From assembly GCA_963751345.1 (NCBI GenBank), contig CAVVUS010000047.1:1-64000 (forward strand): a DNA stretch of 64,000 nt, in the 5' to 3' direction. Position 1 is the first letter of the stretch. The number at the start of each line of letters is the position of its first letter. The DNA comes from an uncultured Chloroflexia bacterium (GTDB lineage Bacteria; Chloroflexota; Anaerolineae; B4-G1; SLSP01). The notes beneath the pieces were generated by a model that was not told where the DNA came from, did no database searches, and saw only the letters and a list, made by a program, of their open reading frames with translations. Shown here one piece after another: positions 42,574 to 54,126 of this stretch. A program made the position numbers and the translations under genes.

Positions 42574-42691
42574 CCTGGATCTTCAGAACTCTCGCCGATC
42601 ACCATTCCTGGAAGCGGCTTTTCCGGGGCCGTTCTGCAAGGGCATCATCTGGGCTGGAGGAGTAACTCGAACCCGACAGGAGAGTGAGTCT

Positions 42692-43682
42692 ATGAAGAGA
42701 GTGCTGGTTACCCTACTGCGCTGGGGCGGGCGGGTACTGCTGGTTGGCCTGTGTCTCTTCTTGGGCCTCATCGTCTATCTGCTGATTCGTGAGTCTGTCA
42801 CTCGAGGCAGGTACCGGGCTGAGTTTCCCCCGCCGGGTCGAATGGTGGATCTTGGCAGCCACCGGATCCATCTGAACTGCGTTGGAAGCGGCACGCCAAC
42901 GGTCGTTTTTGAGGCCGATCTTGATCAGTACGGATCGCTAAGCTGGGCTCCAGTCCAGGCCGAGATAGGCGAAGTTGACCCGCGCATGCAGCTACGATCG
43001 CGCCGGCATCATGTGGAGTGAGCCGGGTCCACGCCCAAGAGATGGCGAGACGATTGCCGGTGAACTAAGCGCTGTCCTTGATGCGGCGGGAGAGCGCGGT
43101 CCCTACGTCCTCGTAGGACATGCGTTTGGCGGCGCCTACGTGAGGATATTCGCGGGGCAGAATCCGGACGATGTGTGCGGCATGGTGCTGGTTGAGTCAA
43201 GCCATCCGGAGATGTTCGAGCGATACGAGGAGGTCGGCCTTGCTCAGGAGATTCCGGACGGAAACACCCGGCCTCTGATCTTGCTCCTGTCTCATCTGGG
43301 GATGCCCGGGCGCTACAAGGGGAACATATACGACTTGCCTTCCGAGATCTATGATCCGATACAGGCTTTCTTACCGCAATCGAGCATGGCCTGGTTTGAC
43401 GAGACCGTGGAGTCACCTAAGACACTGGATCAGGCCGGACAGTACCGGTATCTTGGCGACTTCCCGCTGATTGTGATCGCGTCGGGGACTCCCATCACTT
43501 CACTCAAGGATCAAGGACAGATCTTTCAGGATCTGTGGATCGAACTGCAGCACGATCTGCTCTCGCTAAGCGGGGACAGTGAGATCAGGATCTCTGAGAC
43601 CGGGCACTATCCGCAGCTTCAGAATCCCGAGTTGGTCATCCAGGCTATTCAGGACGTGCTCGCGAAGATCAGCGGAGAGTAG
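42692..43682 (+). CDS. Alpha/beta hydrolase with N-terminal TM helix (one frameshift)
   Basis: HLNCVGSGTPTVVFE, CSYDRAG, LVGHAFGG, GHYPQ. Confidence 0.85.
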
Positions 43683-43740
43683 CGCTGACAGCTGATCACT
43701 GTATGCTATTGGCAACACCAACCTTAGGAGGAGCCGAACC

Positions 43741-44508
43741 ATGTCAGAGTTCAACTGGGACAAGGATAACATTCGTCATCTGGACATCACCGATCTGGAG
43801 CGTATCGAGCGATTCAGGCGCGCGGGCTACGGCGGGAGCGTCTCCGACTCGCTCAATAGCCTTGGCGTTCGCGACACGGTCTTCTCGCCGCGGTTCAAGG
43901 CGCTGCGCCAGGGGATGCAGTTGGTCGGCCGCGCGCTGCCGGTGAAGCTGCATTCGCTGGTCGAGCGCAAGCTCTCTAAGGAGGAGTGGGAGGCGGAGCA
44001 AGCCAAATGGGAGGCCCAGGGCGGCCATCCGCAGAAGCGCATGATGCGCGCTGTGGCCGAGTCGGAGCCCGGCTCGGTGCTCTGCTTCGACTGCGGCGGC
44101 GATATGCAGCCCGCGCACTTCGGCGAGATGAGCTGCCAGGTCGCCTATGCCCACGGCTGCCGGGGGATGCTGTTGGCGGGCAACTGCCGGGATACGCAGT
44201 ACGTCCTGAAGATGGCGGACTTCCCGATGTTCAGCTTTGGCACCCGGCCCAATGCCTTTGGCGGGTGGATCGTGACGGATGTGAATGTGCCCATTCATCT
44301 GCCGGGCCATCTGACCCACTACGTCAACGTTTTCCCCGGGGACTTCATCTTCGCCGACAACGACGGCGCCCAGTTGATCCCCAAGGATCTGGTCGACGAG
44401 GTGCTGCTCCGGGTGGAGGATATCTTCGCAAAGGAAAACGAGGAGCGGGAGCAGTTGGCGGCCGGGATGCCCATCGACGAGATCTATCGCGTCTTCGGTG
44501 TCCTGTAA
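43741..44508 (+). CDS. RraA family / HMG-aldolase-like protein
   Basis: VSDSL, LVGRALPV, AHFGEM, GNCRD, VFPGDFIFADNDG. Confidence 0.85.
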   Translation: MSEFNWDKDNIRHLDITDLERIERFRRAGYGGSVSDSLNSLGVRDTVFSPRFKALRQGMQLVGRALPVKLHSLVERKLSKEEWEAEQAKWEAQGGHPQKRMMRAVAESEPGSVLCFDCGGDMQPAHFGEMSCQVAYAHGCRGMLLAGNCRDTQYVLKMADFPMFSFGTRPNAFGGWIVTDVNVPIHLPGHLTHYVNVFPGDFIFADNDGAQLIPKDLVDEVLLRVEDIFAKENEEREQLAAGMPIDEIYRVFGVL

Positions 44509-44521
44509 CCGAGGACGGGGC

Positions 44522-45353
44522 GTGAACGAGAAGCCGCTTGAGGGCAGGACGGCCTGGGTAACGGGGTCCTCGCGGGGCATCGGGCGGGTGATCGCGTCGC
44601 ATCTTGCGAGCCTCGGGGCGCGGGTAGCGGTGCACGGCACGACGCCGACCTCGACCCGCGCCTTTGGCGAGGCCGAGTCGCTGGATGCGGTTGCCCAGGC
44701 GATTGCCGATGAGCATGGCACGGAGGTCGTGCCCGTCTGGGCTGACCTCACGGTCGAGGCCGAGGTGAAGCGGGTCGTGGCCGAGATCCGGGCACGACTT
44801 CGGCACGATCGACATCCTGGTCAACTGCGCCGGGGGCGATATCGGCGCGCAGGGGGCGATGGGCGAGAACGCGGGCAAGCCGGCGGGCAACGATCCGCTG
44901 ACGATCTCGCTGGACGATATCCGCGTCGTTCTGGACCGCAACCTGATGACGTGTATCCTCGCGTGTCGCGAGGTCGCGCCGGAGATGATGGCACGAAGGT
45001 CCGGGTGGATCGTCACCGTGGGCAGCGTTGCGGGGCTGTCGGGACACGCTGCCGAGGCCATCTACAGCACGGCCAAGGCCGCGGTCCACGAGTATTCTCG
45101 CTGCCTGGCTGCTATGCTGCGACCTTACAACGTCCTGGTGAACGTGGTCGCACCCGGTGAGATCGTCACAGCGCGTTTCCTGGCCAGCCGCCCGATTGAC
45201 GAGGCTCGTCGAACCACGGAGGGCTCACTGGAGCGTTACGGGTGGCCCATTGAGGTCGCACGTACCGTGGCCTTCCTGGTCAGCGACCAGGCATCCTACA
45301 TCAGCGGGCAGGTTCTGCGTATCGACGGCGGTGCGCAGCTCTGGCCCGCGTGA
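44522..45353 (+). CDS. Short-chain dehydrogenase/reductase (one frameshift)
   Basis: VTGSSRGIG, YSTAK, VNVVAPG, YISGQVLRIDGG. Confidence 0.9.
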
Positions 45354-45357
45354 GGCT

Positions 45358-46881
45358 ATGATGAAGGTTCTTGTAGGTGGCTTCGGCCACGAGTCCAACA
45401 CCTTCACTCCCTTCCTGACGCGTCTGGAGGATTTCCATCCCCGCTACGGTCCGGAGACGCTGGTCCCCACCGCGCGGCGCGGCGCCTTTGGCGGCATCGT
45501 GGACACCCTGGAAGCCCATAGAGGAGTTACGCTCGTCCCCACCATCACGGCCCACGCGATGCCCGGCGGCATCGTCGAGCGAGAGGCGTTCCGTACCCTC
45601 AAGACGCGAATCCTCGAACAGGCGGATGGCGTGGACGGCGTCTGTCTCTATCTACACGGCGCGATGCGGGCCGAAGGGGTCGACACCTGCGAGAACGTCC
45701 TGCTGCGCGAGCTGCGGCAGCGGCTTGGCCCCCACGTGCCGATCGTTATCGCGCTGGATATGCACGCCAACATCGTCGCCGAGACGGCCAAGATCGTTGA
45801 TGCGATGGTCGCCTACCACACGGCACCTCACGTCGATGCCTACGAGACGGGCGTGACGGCAGCCACGATGCTGCTTCAGATCCTGAAGGAGCATCGCAGC
45901 CCGGCGATGGGCTTTGCGAAAATCCCGTTCCTGTTGCCGGGAGAGAAGGCCCAGTCCTCCATCGGGACGATGGGGGAGATGATGCAGGCCGTCGCCGAGC
46001 TGGAAGCCCGCCCGGAGATCCTCTCGGCCTCGCTGATGAACGGCCATTGCTGGGCCGACGTGCCCGATATCGGGGTGGCCGCTGTGGTCGTGACCGACGG
46101 CGACGCAACGTTGGCCCAGGCCGAGGCCAACCGTTTGGCCTCGATGTTCTGGGAGCGGCGGGCCGACTTCGATTTCGGCACCGAGGCGTATCCCGTGGAT
46201 CAAGCCGTTGAGACCGCTATGGCGGCTCCCGAGCCCACCGTCTTTCTCTCTGACTCGGGCGACAATCCCGGTGCCGGCGGCACCACCGACGTCACGGCGG
46301 TGCTGGCCTCGCTCCTGGCACACGGCGCCTCCCATACCGTGGTCGCGTCGATTTGGGATGCGTCAGCCGTAGAGGCGTGCATCTCGGCCGGTGTCGGCGC
46401 CGAGGTCAGCCTCTCCCTGGGCGGGAAGCTGGACACGCGCCACGGCACCCCACTCGACGTCACGGGTAGGGTGCGCCTGATCAGCGATGGCGAGTATTAC
46501 TGGGGCGGCATACGCGACCCACATCGCCTGTCGCGACGGGGTCTGACGGTCGTGCTCACCGTGGGTGGGGTCGACGTGATCGTCACCGCCGAGCGCCACA
46601 GCTACGTCGAGCCCGCGCAGTTTCACAGCCTGGGCATCGATCCCCTGGCGTACAAGATCGTGGTGCCCAAGCGCGGCTACCTCACGGCGCCGCTGGAGGC
46701 GATCAGCCCGCGCTCGATCCTGGCGATCAGCCCAGGCGTGACCAATTGCGACGTCACGCAGCTTGACTACCGGCGCGTGAACCGCCCAATGTACCCGCTG
46801 GACTTGGATGCTACGTGGGAGCCGGCGGCAGGATCGCGGCTAGCGATGCCAGCGCCTCTTCTGAAGGGTGACCCGTCGTGA
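45358..46881 (+). CDS. M81 family metallopeptidase (MlrC-like)
   Basis: HESNTF, LHGAM, LDMHAN, YHTAPHVD, DSGDNPGAGG. Confidence 0.92.
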   Translation: MMKVLVGGFGHESNTFTPFLTRLEDFHPRYGPETLVPTARRGAFGGIVDTLEAHRGVTLVPTITAHAMPGGIVEREAFRTLKTRILEQADGVDGVCLYLHGAMRAEGVDTCENVLLRELRQRLGPHVPIVIALDMHANIVAETAKIVDAMVAYHTAPHVDAYETGVTAATMLLQILKEHRSPAMGFAKIPFLLPGEKAQSSIGTMGEMMQAVAELEARPEILSASLMNGHCWADVPDIGVAAVVVTDGDATLAQAEANRLASMFWERRADFDFGTEAYPVDQAVETAMAAPEPTVFLSDSGDNPGAGGTTDVTAVLASLLAHGASHTVVASIWDASAVEACISAGVGAEVSLSLGGKLDTRHGTPLDVTGRVRLISDGEYYWGGIRDPHRLSRRGLTVVLTVGGVDVIVTAERHSYVEPAQFHSLGIDPLAYKIVVPKRGYLTAPLEAISPRSILAISPGVTNCDVTQLDYRRVNRPMYPLDLDATWEPAAGSRLAMPAPLLKGDPS

Positions 46882-48643
46882 GGTCCCAGCCCAGTTCTGC
46901 ATAGGCGCCTGCGATCAGTGCCTCCTGGTCCGGGACGAAGCCCTCCGTCGGGCCATCTATCGGCCGGCTCAGAATATCGGGCAACCGCTCATCCTCACGC
47001 GTCAGCCCTCGCTGCAGGTTGATGAGCCGCTTGATCGTGAGGATGCGCTTTCCTGCCGCCAGCAAGTCTTCGGGGCTTGACGTCCAGCCGGTGATGGCGT
47101 TGAGTGCCCGCGCGATCGCGTCCGTTCCTGGGTTCTGGAACTGGCACAGGGTCAACGCGTTGTAGACGCTGCGCCAGGCCATCTGCCGGGCCGTGATACG
47201 CCCCTTCTCCTCGCTGGCCTCAAACCGGTCTCCTGGAAGCACCCCAAGCTCGACCGGCGGTCCCTGGCCGATGTCGACGCCGTACATGTCGCCCTGCATG
47301 TGGCAGGCTCCACGGGGGGATAGTGCGTAGACGGCGGCCATACCGCTGAAGGCGCGCGGGTCGTGCATCGGCAGCTCCAATCCATTGACGGTCGCGGCGA
47401 GACCGGGGACGCCGAATCTCTCGGCCAGCCGCCGGGTGCCGTCTGCCAGGAGCCGCGCCAAACCCCTCTCGCCGGGCCATCATCGGGATCGCAGCGTGGA
47501 CGGCGGCTGCATTCCCGTAGCGGAGGTCCAGCCCCCCGGTCTGGTCTGATGTGAGCAGACCCCGAGCAGCGAGTTCGCACGCCAGCCCGATCGTGACGCC
47601 GGTGCTGATGGTGTCGAGCCCATAGACGTTGCACAGATGCCCGGCGTAGATCACGGCCTCCAGGTCGCTGATCATCAGCAGGGACCCCAGCGCCCCTACC
47701 GTCTCGTACTCGGGCCCGTCGACGCGGTCGGCGCCGTACGACGGCGCGCGGGTCTCGCGGCCGCACGCGATGGGGCAGCGATAGCAGGCACGGTTGCGCG
47801 TCTGGTACGATTCGGCCATCAACACACCCGATAGGTCGCCGGCCGGCGCCCACTCGCCCTGCTGGAAGTAGCGGATGGGGGTATCGCCAAACATCAGCCC
47901 CATGTCCCAGTAGCCCGCGGTTCCCGCCAAGCGCAGCGACATCGAGGCGACATCCTCATTGTTGTATTGGATCACCTCTCGCGCGAGCGTGGCCAGCGTC
48001 TCGGGATCAGCCACCGGCACCGGGGCCCGACCACGGACGGCGATGGCCTTCAGACGCTTGGACCCCAGGACGGCGCCCAGGCCCGTGCGGCCTGCGGCAC
48101 GCCCATGGTCGTTGATCAGCGCCGCCATCTTGACGAGGTGCTCGCCCGCTTCCCGATGCAGACGACCCTCGCCCTCGAATCACCAAGTCGCGCGTGGATC
48201 TCCGTCTGGGTCTCGTAGGTGTCAAGCCCCCAAAGCCCGTCTGCGTCGTGGATCTCGGGCGCGCCATCGACAATCGAGAGCCAGACCGGTCGTTGGGCTG
48301 CCCCTGTAATGATGACGCCGTCATATCCGGCGAACTTCAGCTCCGGGCCGAAGAAGCCTCCAGCGTTAGCCTCGCCCCAGATGCCGGTCAGCGGGGAGAG
48401 GGCAGCGACGCTGAATCGCCCGGCCGACGGCATCACAGTGCCGACCATTGGGCCCGTCATCAGGATCAGGGGGTTGGCTGGGCCCAGGGGGTCCGTATCG
48501 CTGCCGATAAGGTCGAGGAGATACCTGGCGGCTAACCCGCTGCCGCCGATGAACGCACGTGCGTGATGGACATCGAGAGGATTGTCCCAGGTGCGTCGGT
48601 CTGCCAGATCGACACGCAGGACCTTTCCCATGTAACCTGTCAT
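46811..48643 (-). CDS. Aldehyde:ferredoxin oxidoreductase (two frameshifts)
   Basis: GYMGKVLRVDL, ELKFAGYD, GLGAVLGSKRLKA, CYRCPIAC, GPEYET, GLDTIS, MHDPR. Confidence 0.93.
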
Positions 48644-48674
48644 ATGGCCTCGCAGATGATAGCGTTGGTCTCGT

Positions 48675-49838
48675 CTAGAAATCGATGCGGATACCCCGGT
48701 AGACGGATTCGAAGAATGCCCGCAGCTCCTCATAGGATGGAGAGCGAGCCGCCGTCATCAGGCAAGCGTCGTTGAACGCATCGTCCACGAGATGCTCCAG
48801 GGCTGCCTCGTAGTCGGCCCAAGCTATTCCGAGGTCACGCAGCGCCGTGGTCTGGCCCAGGTCCGTGCGGAACCTGAGGAGGCGCTCAGCGAGAGCTCGG
48901 GCCGAGGCTTCGGACCCGCCCTTCGCGCAGCCCAGGGCGTCTGCCATCAGCGCGAAGCGCTCGGGCGCCTGGGCGGCCATGAACTGGATCGTGTAGGGCA
49001 GCAGCAAGCCCACCGCGCGACCGTGCGGGACGTGGAAGCGGCCCCCGAGGGCATGGCCGCAGGCGTGCGCCATCGAGGCCATCGCGTTGCCGAACCCGAG
49101 TCCGGCGAGCGTCGCGGCGTTGTGCATCCGCTCCCTCGCCGCCAGGTCACCGCCATTCGCAGCGGCGTGGGGCAGGTATTCGAGGACAAGCTGAGCGGCT
49201 TGGAGGCAGATGCCATCGGTCATATCAGTGTGCCACGTGCAGGTGTAGCCTTCGACAGCGTGTGTCAGGGCGTCCAGCCCGGTGTCGATGGTGAGTTGGC
49301 GGGGCATACCCTTGGCCATCTCGGGATCGACGATGGCAAGATCTGCTGTGTTCTCGCGGTTGCCCAGACCCAGTTTGCGGCCTACCTCGGTGTCAGTCAG
49401 CACGATGGCCCACGTGACTTCGGCACCGGTGCCACTGGTCGTTGGGATCGTGATGAGTCGAGCTTTCCTGCGCAGTCCCAGCTCAACAATGGGGTTGATC
49501 TCGGCGGGATCCATGTCGGGCCGCTCGTAGATGACCCAGATCGCCTTGGCGGCGTCCATGGGGGAGCCGCCACCGACACCGATCACCCAGTCGGGCTGTA
49601 TATCAAGGGCGACCTGCGCCCCCGCCCGGACGGTCTCCAGGCTTGGGTCCGGCTCCACCTGATCGAAGACGTCGTAGCCGATCCCTGCCTTCCTGAGACG
49701 GGAGGTTACCAGGTCGACGAGACCCAGCGCCACGATCGTCGGATCGGTGACGATCAGCGCCCGCCGGCCGCTGAGTTCATCAAGGGCCGCCAGACTCCCC
49801 TCGCCAAAGACGATCTGGGGTGACGTGAAATACCACAT
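48675..49838 (-). CDS. Iron-containing alcohol dehydrogenase
   Basis: GGGSPMDAAK, PTTSGTGAEVT, DALTHAVE, AH..GH, HVPHG. Confidence 0.93.
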   Translation of the reverse strand: MWYFTSPQIVFGEGSLAALDELSGRRALIVTDPTIVALGLVDLVTSRLRKAGIGYDVFDQVEPDPSLETVRAGAQVALDIQPDWVIGVGGGSPMDAAKAIWVIYERPDMDPAEINPIVELGLRRKARLITIPTTSGTGAEVTWAIVLTDTEVGRKLGLGNRENTADLAIVDPEMAKGMPRQLTIDTGLDALTHAVEGYTCTWHTDMTDGICLQAAQLVLEYLPHAAANGGDLAARERMHNAATLAGLGFGNAMASMAHACGHALGGRFHVPHGRAVGLLLPYTIQFMAAQAPERFALMADALGCAKGGSEASARALAERLLRFRTDLGQTTALRDLGIAWADYEAALEHLVDDAFNDACLMTAARSPSYEELRAFFESVYRGIRIDF

Positions 49839-51120
49839 AGGACACCTGCGCGATTAGCCTGCGAACGGCGATTTCGTCCAGATCCTTGGTCTTCGTTTCG
49901 TAGGGATTCACCCCCAGGATGATGGCAATGGGTACCAGGACGATACCCGCCGCCGCCACCCAGAACCACTCCATCGTGGGCGATGACTTTGAGCAGCACC
50001 GCGGCCAAGCGCCGGGCCCGACGACGTAGGAGATCCGGGCGACCGTCGTCGTCCAGCCCATGCACGCGCCACGCCGTTCGGTGGGGAAGACCTCGGGGAC
50101 GTAGACGACGATCCAGGTGTAGGTGAACGAGGTGAAGAATCCCGTGATCGCCGTCACAATGGGCAGCAGGATGCCATTGGCGAAAGCCATCGCGATCAGG
50201 AAGAGCGAGAGGATCACGCATCCGGCGACGAGCGCAGGCTTGCGCCCGATCTTGTCCATGATCGTTCCGGCAGCAAAGCCGCCGGTCATCGCCATCACCA
50301 GCGTAGCCAGGAGCACCAGCGACCACTGCCCCAGCGTGTAGCCCTTGATCGTCATGAAGTAGTAGCCGGCCCAGTAGTAGAGGACGGAGTAGACCAGCCA
50401 GCAGAGCCAGATGGAGGACGAGATCGCGATGTAGCGCAGGTCCCGGCGGTCGATCACGCCAACGCCAAAGAGATGGCGCTTGCGCGTGCCGTCCTGACGC
50501 TGGCGCACGATCAGGTTGTAACGTTGGGTCTCCTTCATGCGCTGCCACATGATGAGCATCGGCAGCATCAGGATGAACATCACGCCGTACATCCATCGCC
50601 AATCCAGCTTGAGGACGTTGAGAAGCAGCGGTGGGAGGAGCGCCTGAAGTGGGATCAGCCCGATGACATAGACCAGGGAGACGTACTTGCCGCGCTTTTC
50701 CGCGGGCGATTCCTCGCTGATGGGGATGGTCCACATGTTCGAGACTGTCGTGAACATCGCCAGGGTGTAGAAGATCATGAACATGGGTAGCGTCGGCGTG
50801 TAGAGCACGATACCGAGACACGAGATGCCCATCAGCAGAACCAGGATCAGGATCGACAGCCTTCGGCCGATCATGTCGTTGAGGCTGTTCAGCAGGAAGA
50901 TGAAGAAGGTGGCGATCAGGTAGACGGCCTCCAACCAGGAGAAGTCGGAGGCTGTGATGCCGTAGGCCTCGATGATGTAGGGAATAGCCGTCGTCTTGAT
51001 GGTGGAGATGTACTGATCCATCACCGCCACCAGTCCCATGAAGATCACGAGGTAGACCAGGTAACTGGTGCTCCTTGCCCGGATCTTGGTTCCTAGTGTG
51101 AGGTCCTCGGTAGCTTCCAT
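49780..51120 (-). CDS. MFS transporter (3' end uncertain)
   Basis: DMIGRR, DKIGRK, PEVFPTERRG, about 12 TM segments; GAAAGAGGA RBS. Confidence 0.88.
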   Translation of the reverse strand: MEATEDLTLGTKIRARSTSYLVYLVIFMGLVAVMDQYISTIKTTAIPYIIEAYGITASDFSWLEAVYLIATFFIFLLNSLNDMIGRRLSILILVLLMGISCLGIVLYTPTLPMFMIFYTLAMFTTVSNMWTIPISEESPAEKRGKYVSLVYVIGLIPLQALLPPLLLNVLKLDWRWMYGVMFILMLPMLIMWQRMKETQRYNLIVRQRQDGTRKRHLFGVGVIDRRDLRYIAISSSIWLCWLVYSVLYYWAGYYFMTIKGYTLGQWSLVLLATLVMAMTGGFAAGTIMDKIGRKPALVAGCVILSLFLIAMAFANGILLPIVTAITGFFTSFTYTWIVVYVPEVFPTERRGACMGWTTTVARISYVVGPGAWPRCCSKSSPTMEWFWVAAAGIVLVPIAIILGVNPYETKTKDLDEIAVRRLIAQVSYVVFHVTPDRLWRGESGGP

Positions 51121-51186
51121 TTGTCCTCTTTCCTTCCTGTGCGACGCAAGATTGAGGATTGGACCCATCTGTCAGATGGGCGCAAT

Positions 51187-52119
51187 CTACGGTACAGCCG
51201 CCTGCCTGGCCTTCCGATCGTATGCTTCAACACCTCCTGCTGCCTCGATGGCATCGCGTCCGAGCGAGATCTGTCGCAGAACGTTGACGTTAATGCGCTC
51301 CATCGACCCGGGCGCGATCCTGTGAAGCAGCCAAGACCCCGTCGCCAATCCCGGTGGGAGCGACTCCAACCGCATGATTGTGCCGGGTCGGGCATTGAAC
51401 CAAATGCCGATGGCGTCCTCGCCGAGCCTGCTGATGGGGATCCCGGCAGCGGCCTGGCGCTCGGCGGTCGGCCCGACGTGGGCGACCTGCCACTCGCCGT
51501 CGATGAAGGCCTCTCCCTCTCCCTCAAGCAGGAAATAGCCCAGCGAATCGTGCCACTTCTTGACCAGCGGGTCGACGTCGATCGTCGCCTCGCGCCAGGC
51601 CTCGATCATATTGGTCGAGAAGATCTTGTAGCGGGCCCTGATCCCTGCCGCTCGGCACAGCGCGATGAAGACCGTGATGAGTTGGAAGCAGGTGCCGGTC
51701 CCGCGCTCGAGCGTGGGCTCCACGCCATCAATCGGCGCGATCTCCAGGACCATCTTCTCCTTGGCGAAGCCGAAGGCGGCCTCGGCGAAGTCGCGATCCG
51801 ATTTCCGGAAGGCCCCGAGTTCGTGGGCGAGCGCGACCACCACCTCCGCCCGGCTGTTGCAGTGCCGCGTGGGGCGCAGAAACTTCTCTTTGCTGCGCAG
51901 GACGCGCATGCTTGGTGAGAAGGCCGGTAGATCGTAGCGGCGAGGCGGGCGGAGGTAATGGTCCTCGACACTGCTCGTCTGCCGCAGCTTTCGGACCTGT
52001 CCGGCGCTGGTCACCAGCAGCTTACCAACTGACACCACGCCCTTGAGCATGAGCGTCGCGTAGGTGAGCCGGCCCTGGAACTCCTCGTTGGTGGTGGAAT
52101 ACGTTGTCATAGTTCCCAT
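51187..52119 (-). CDS. Transglutaminase-like domain protein
   Basis: TLERGTGTCF...FIALCRAAGIRARY, EAFIDGEW. Confidence 0.8.
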   Translation of the reverse strand: MGTMTTYSTTNEEFQGRLTYATLMLKGVVSVGKLLVTSAGQVRKLRQTSSVEDHYLRPPRRYDLPAFSPSMRVLRSKEKFLRPTRHCNSRAEVVVALAHELGAFRKSDRDFAEAAFGFAKEKMVLEIAPIDGVEPTLERGTGTCFQLITVFIALCRAAGIRARYKIFSTNMIEAWREATIDVDPLVKKWHDSLGYFLLEGEGEAFIDGEWQVAHVGPTAERQAAAGIPISRLGEDAIGIWFNARPGTIMRLESLPPGLATGSWLLHRIAPGSMERINVNVLRQISLGRDAIEAAGGVEAYDRKARQAAVP

Positions 52120-52175
52120 GCCATAGTGATAACACGGAGGGGGGCGGTCAGTTACGGTGTGCACCAAGCTCCCTC

Positions 52176-52225
52176 ACCTTGCGAAGGTGGCCCGAGCAGA
52201 CTCGGGCTTGGCCTTCGCAAGGTCT
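52176..52225. repeat. ACCTTGCGAAGGT-family palindrome
   Basis: CACCTTGCGAAGGTG...GGCCTTCGCAAGGT; related motifs at 6004-6018, 53973-54018 and 59207-59240. Confidence 0.7.
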
Positions 52226-53955
52226 AGGTGCCGTCAATATCCCACGCGAAGAGGTGCGCTTGATCGGCGCCCCAGGTTGCCTCGGGGACAAAGCGTACCG
52301 CGGTGGCGACGACGTCCGTCTCCAGTTTCACCAGCCGCTGGTGGTTGTCCTCCACCACGGCGACGTCAACCCATTGGCCATCGGCCTGGAGCGCTGCGAC
52401 CCGGAACGCGCGCACGAGCGTCTGCGGCGGGGCGACGGGCTCGATATCCCTCGGATAGCTCGACGGCTGGTTCTTCTCCGGGCGGTTCAGATCGCTGTCG
52501 AAGACGAAGCGGAGGCTCTGCACGTGGGTTGGCGCTCCGAAGTCATACCGTATCCATGCCCCGAGATTCCCCGTCCACCCGTTGTCGTCGTCCCCGATCG
52601 GCCGGTCGAGCCCGCTGCGCAGCGGCTCGGGGTCGCCCTCAGAGGCGGTCAGCCGCGCTGACCGCGTGACCTCAGGGATCGCCCGGATGTTCCAGGGCAG
52701 ATAGCAGTCATCGTCCATCAGCGTCTGCTTGCAGCTCGCCGATGTAGTCCTCGTAGATGCCGCGAGGCGAGGTCCCCTCGCGGACCGCAATCGCTGCTGC
52801 AGTGCCGGCTGCTTGGCCGACGACGGCGCAGGTCGCCATCACGCGGGTCGCGCTCATCGCAGCGTGGGTGACGCTGATGTTGCGCCCGGCCACGAAGAGA
52901 TTGGAGATCGAGCGCGAGTAGAGTGTTCGATAGGGTATGCCGAAAGGGGAGGGGGCCGGATGGAAGATCGTCGGCTCGCCCGACCAGTCGATGCCGCCGG
53001 GATGGTGGTCATCCATCGTCCATCCGCCGTAGGCCACCAGGTCGTCGAACCTGCCCTCCGCGCGGACGTCATTCTGGGTCAGAATCACGTCACCCTCGTA
53101 GCGGCGGCTCTCGCGCTTCCCGGGCAGAAAGCCGATCCACTCGAGCGTCCAGGTCTCTGCCCCGTGGTTTCCCCGGTTCTTGAGGTGATCCCACACGCCA
53201 AAGGCCACCTTGAGGAGCCTATCGCGTATCTCCTCGGTGTCGTGGATCGCGTCCTGCTCGCCGCCCAGCTCGATCCACCAGTAGTTGGTGGTGAGGAGAT
53301 CGTGCCCGCGATGCGGCAGGTCTGCGTCGCTCTCGTAGACATAGGCCCACGCAGGTGGGGTGAACACCTGGGGCCGGCCCGTATCGCGCGCCTGGATGAG
53401 ACAGCTCATGCCCATCGTCTTCCGGTCTGCGTTCTCCGGCTCGATGTCCTCGTCGAACTCGGCGCGTGCCTCGCGACCCATGCGGAACGGGGCGCCGGTT
53501 AGCGGGGCGAGGATGCTGTCGCCGGAGCAGTCGGCGAAGAGATCGGCCTCGACCGTATGCCACGTCTCGGTCGTGAGCTGCCAGCCCTTGACCGACGCGA
53601 TCCGGTCGCCCACCATCTCCAGGCTGTTGCACGTGCAGTTGAGAAGCAGCGTGATGTTGGGCTCGAAGCGCACCTTCTCGTAGAGCACGCTGTCCCAGAT
53701 CGAGTAGTTGCGCAGGGGATTCCGATAGCGGTTCTCGAGCTCGATCTCTTCGACGATGCCGGTCTCGCGATTGTTCGTGCCGTGGGCGCCGCAGATGTGC
53801 ATCCGCACCTCGGACGAGGCGTTGCCGCCGAGCATCGGACGATCCTGGATCAGGGCAACCTTCGCGCCGTGACGGGCGGCAGCGATCGCCGCGCACATCC
53901 CGGCAAGGCCACCACCGACGACGCAGAAATCTACGCGATGGGTGATCTCTCTCAT
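52224..53955 (-). CDS. FAD-dependent oxidoreductase with C-terminal beta-sandwich-like domain (one frameshift)
   Basis: VVGGGLAG, LGGNASSE, ADCSGD, GKRESRR, RVMATC. Confidence 0.9.
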
Positions 53956-54025
53956 TCTGTATCTCCTCGGTTACCTTCCGGGTTGCGCGCCGCAGACGGC
54001 GTTAGCAACCCGGAAGGTTCTGCTC

Positions 54026-54117
54026 AGGTTCGTAGTAACCGATTCATCGGTTCCGCTCCGCCGTCTGCCGACGCACCTGCTGAGGCGCCGGAACGACTGA
54101 ATCGTTACTACGAACCT
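54026..54117. repeat. Second GTAGTAAC-type REP doublet
   Basis: AGGTTCGTAGTAACCGATTCATCGGTT...AACGACTGAATCGTTACTACGAACCT. Confidence 0.85.
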
Positions 54118-54126
54118 TTTTCTGAG

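Noticed and set aside
40089-43682. Integron cassette array (yjbQ, cupin, GNAT, hydrolase)
   Set aside because: No integrase in the window and no convincing RYYYAAC...GTTRRRY attC sites seen
46811-46881. 71-bp convergent overlap of the mlrC-like and AOR genes as antisense regulation
   Set aside because: Short tail overlaps are common in GC-rich genomes, and the ends may be affected by indels
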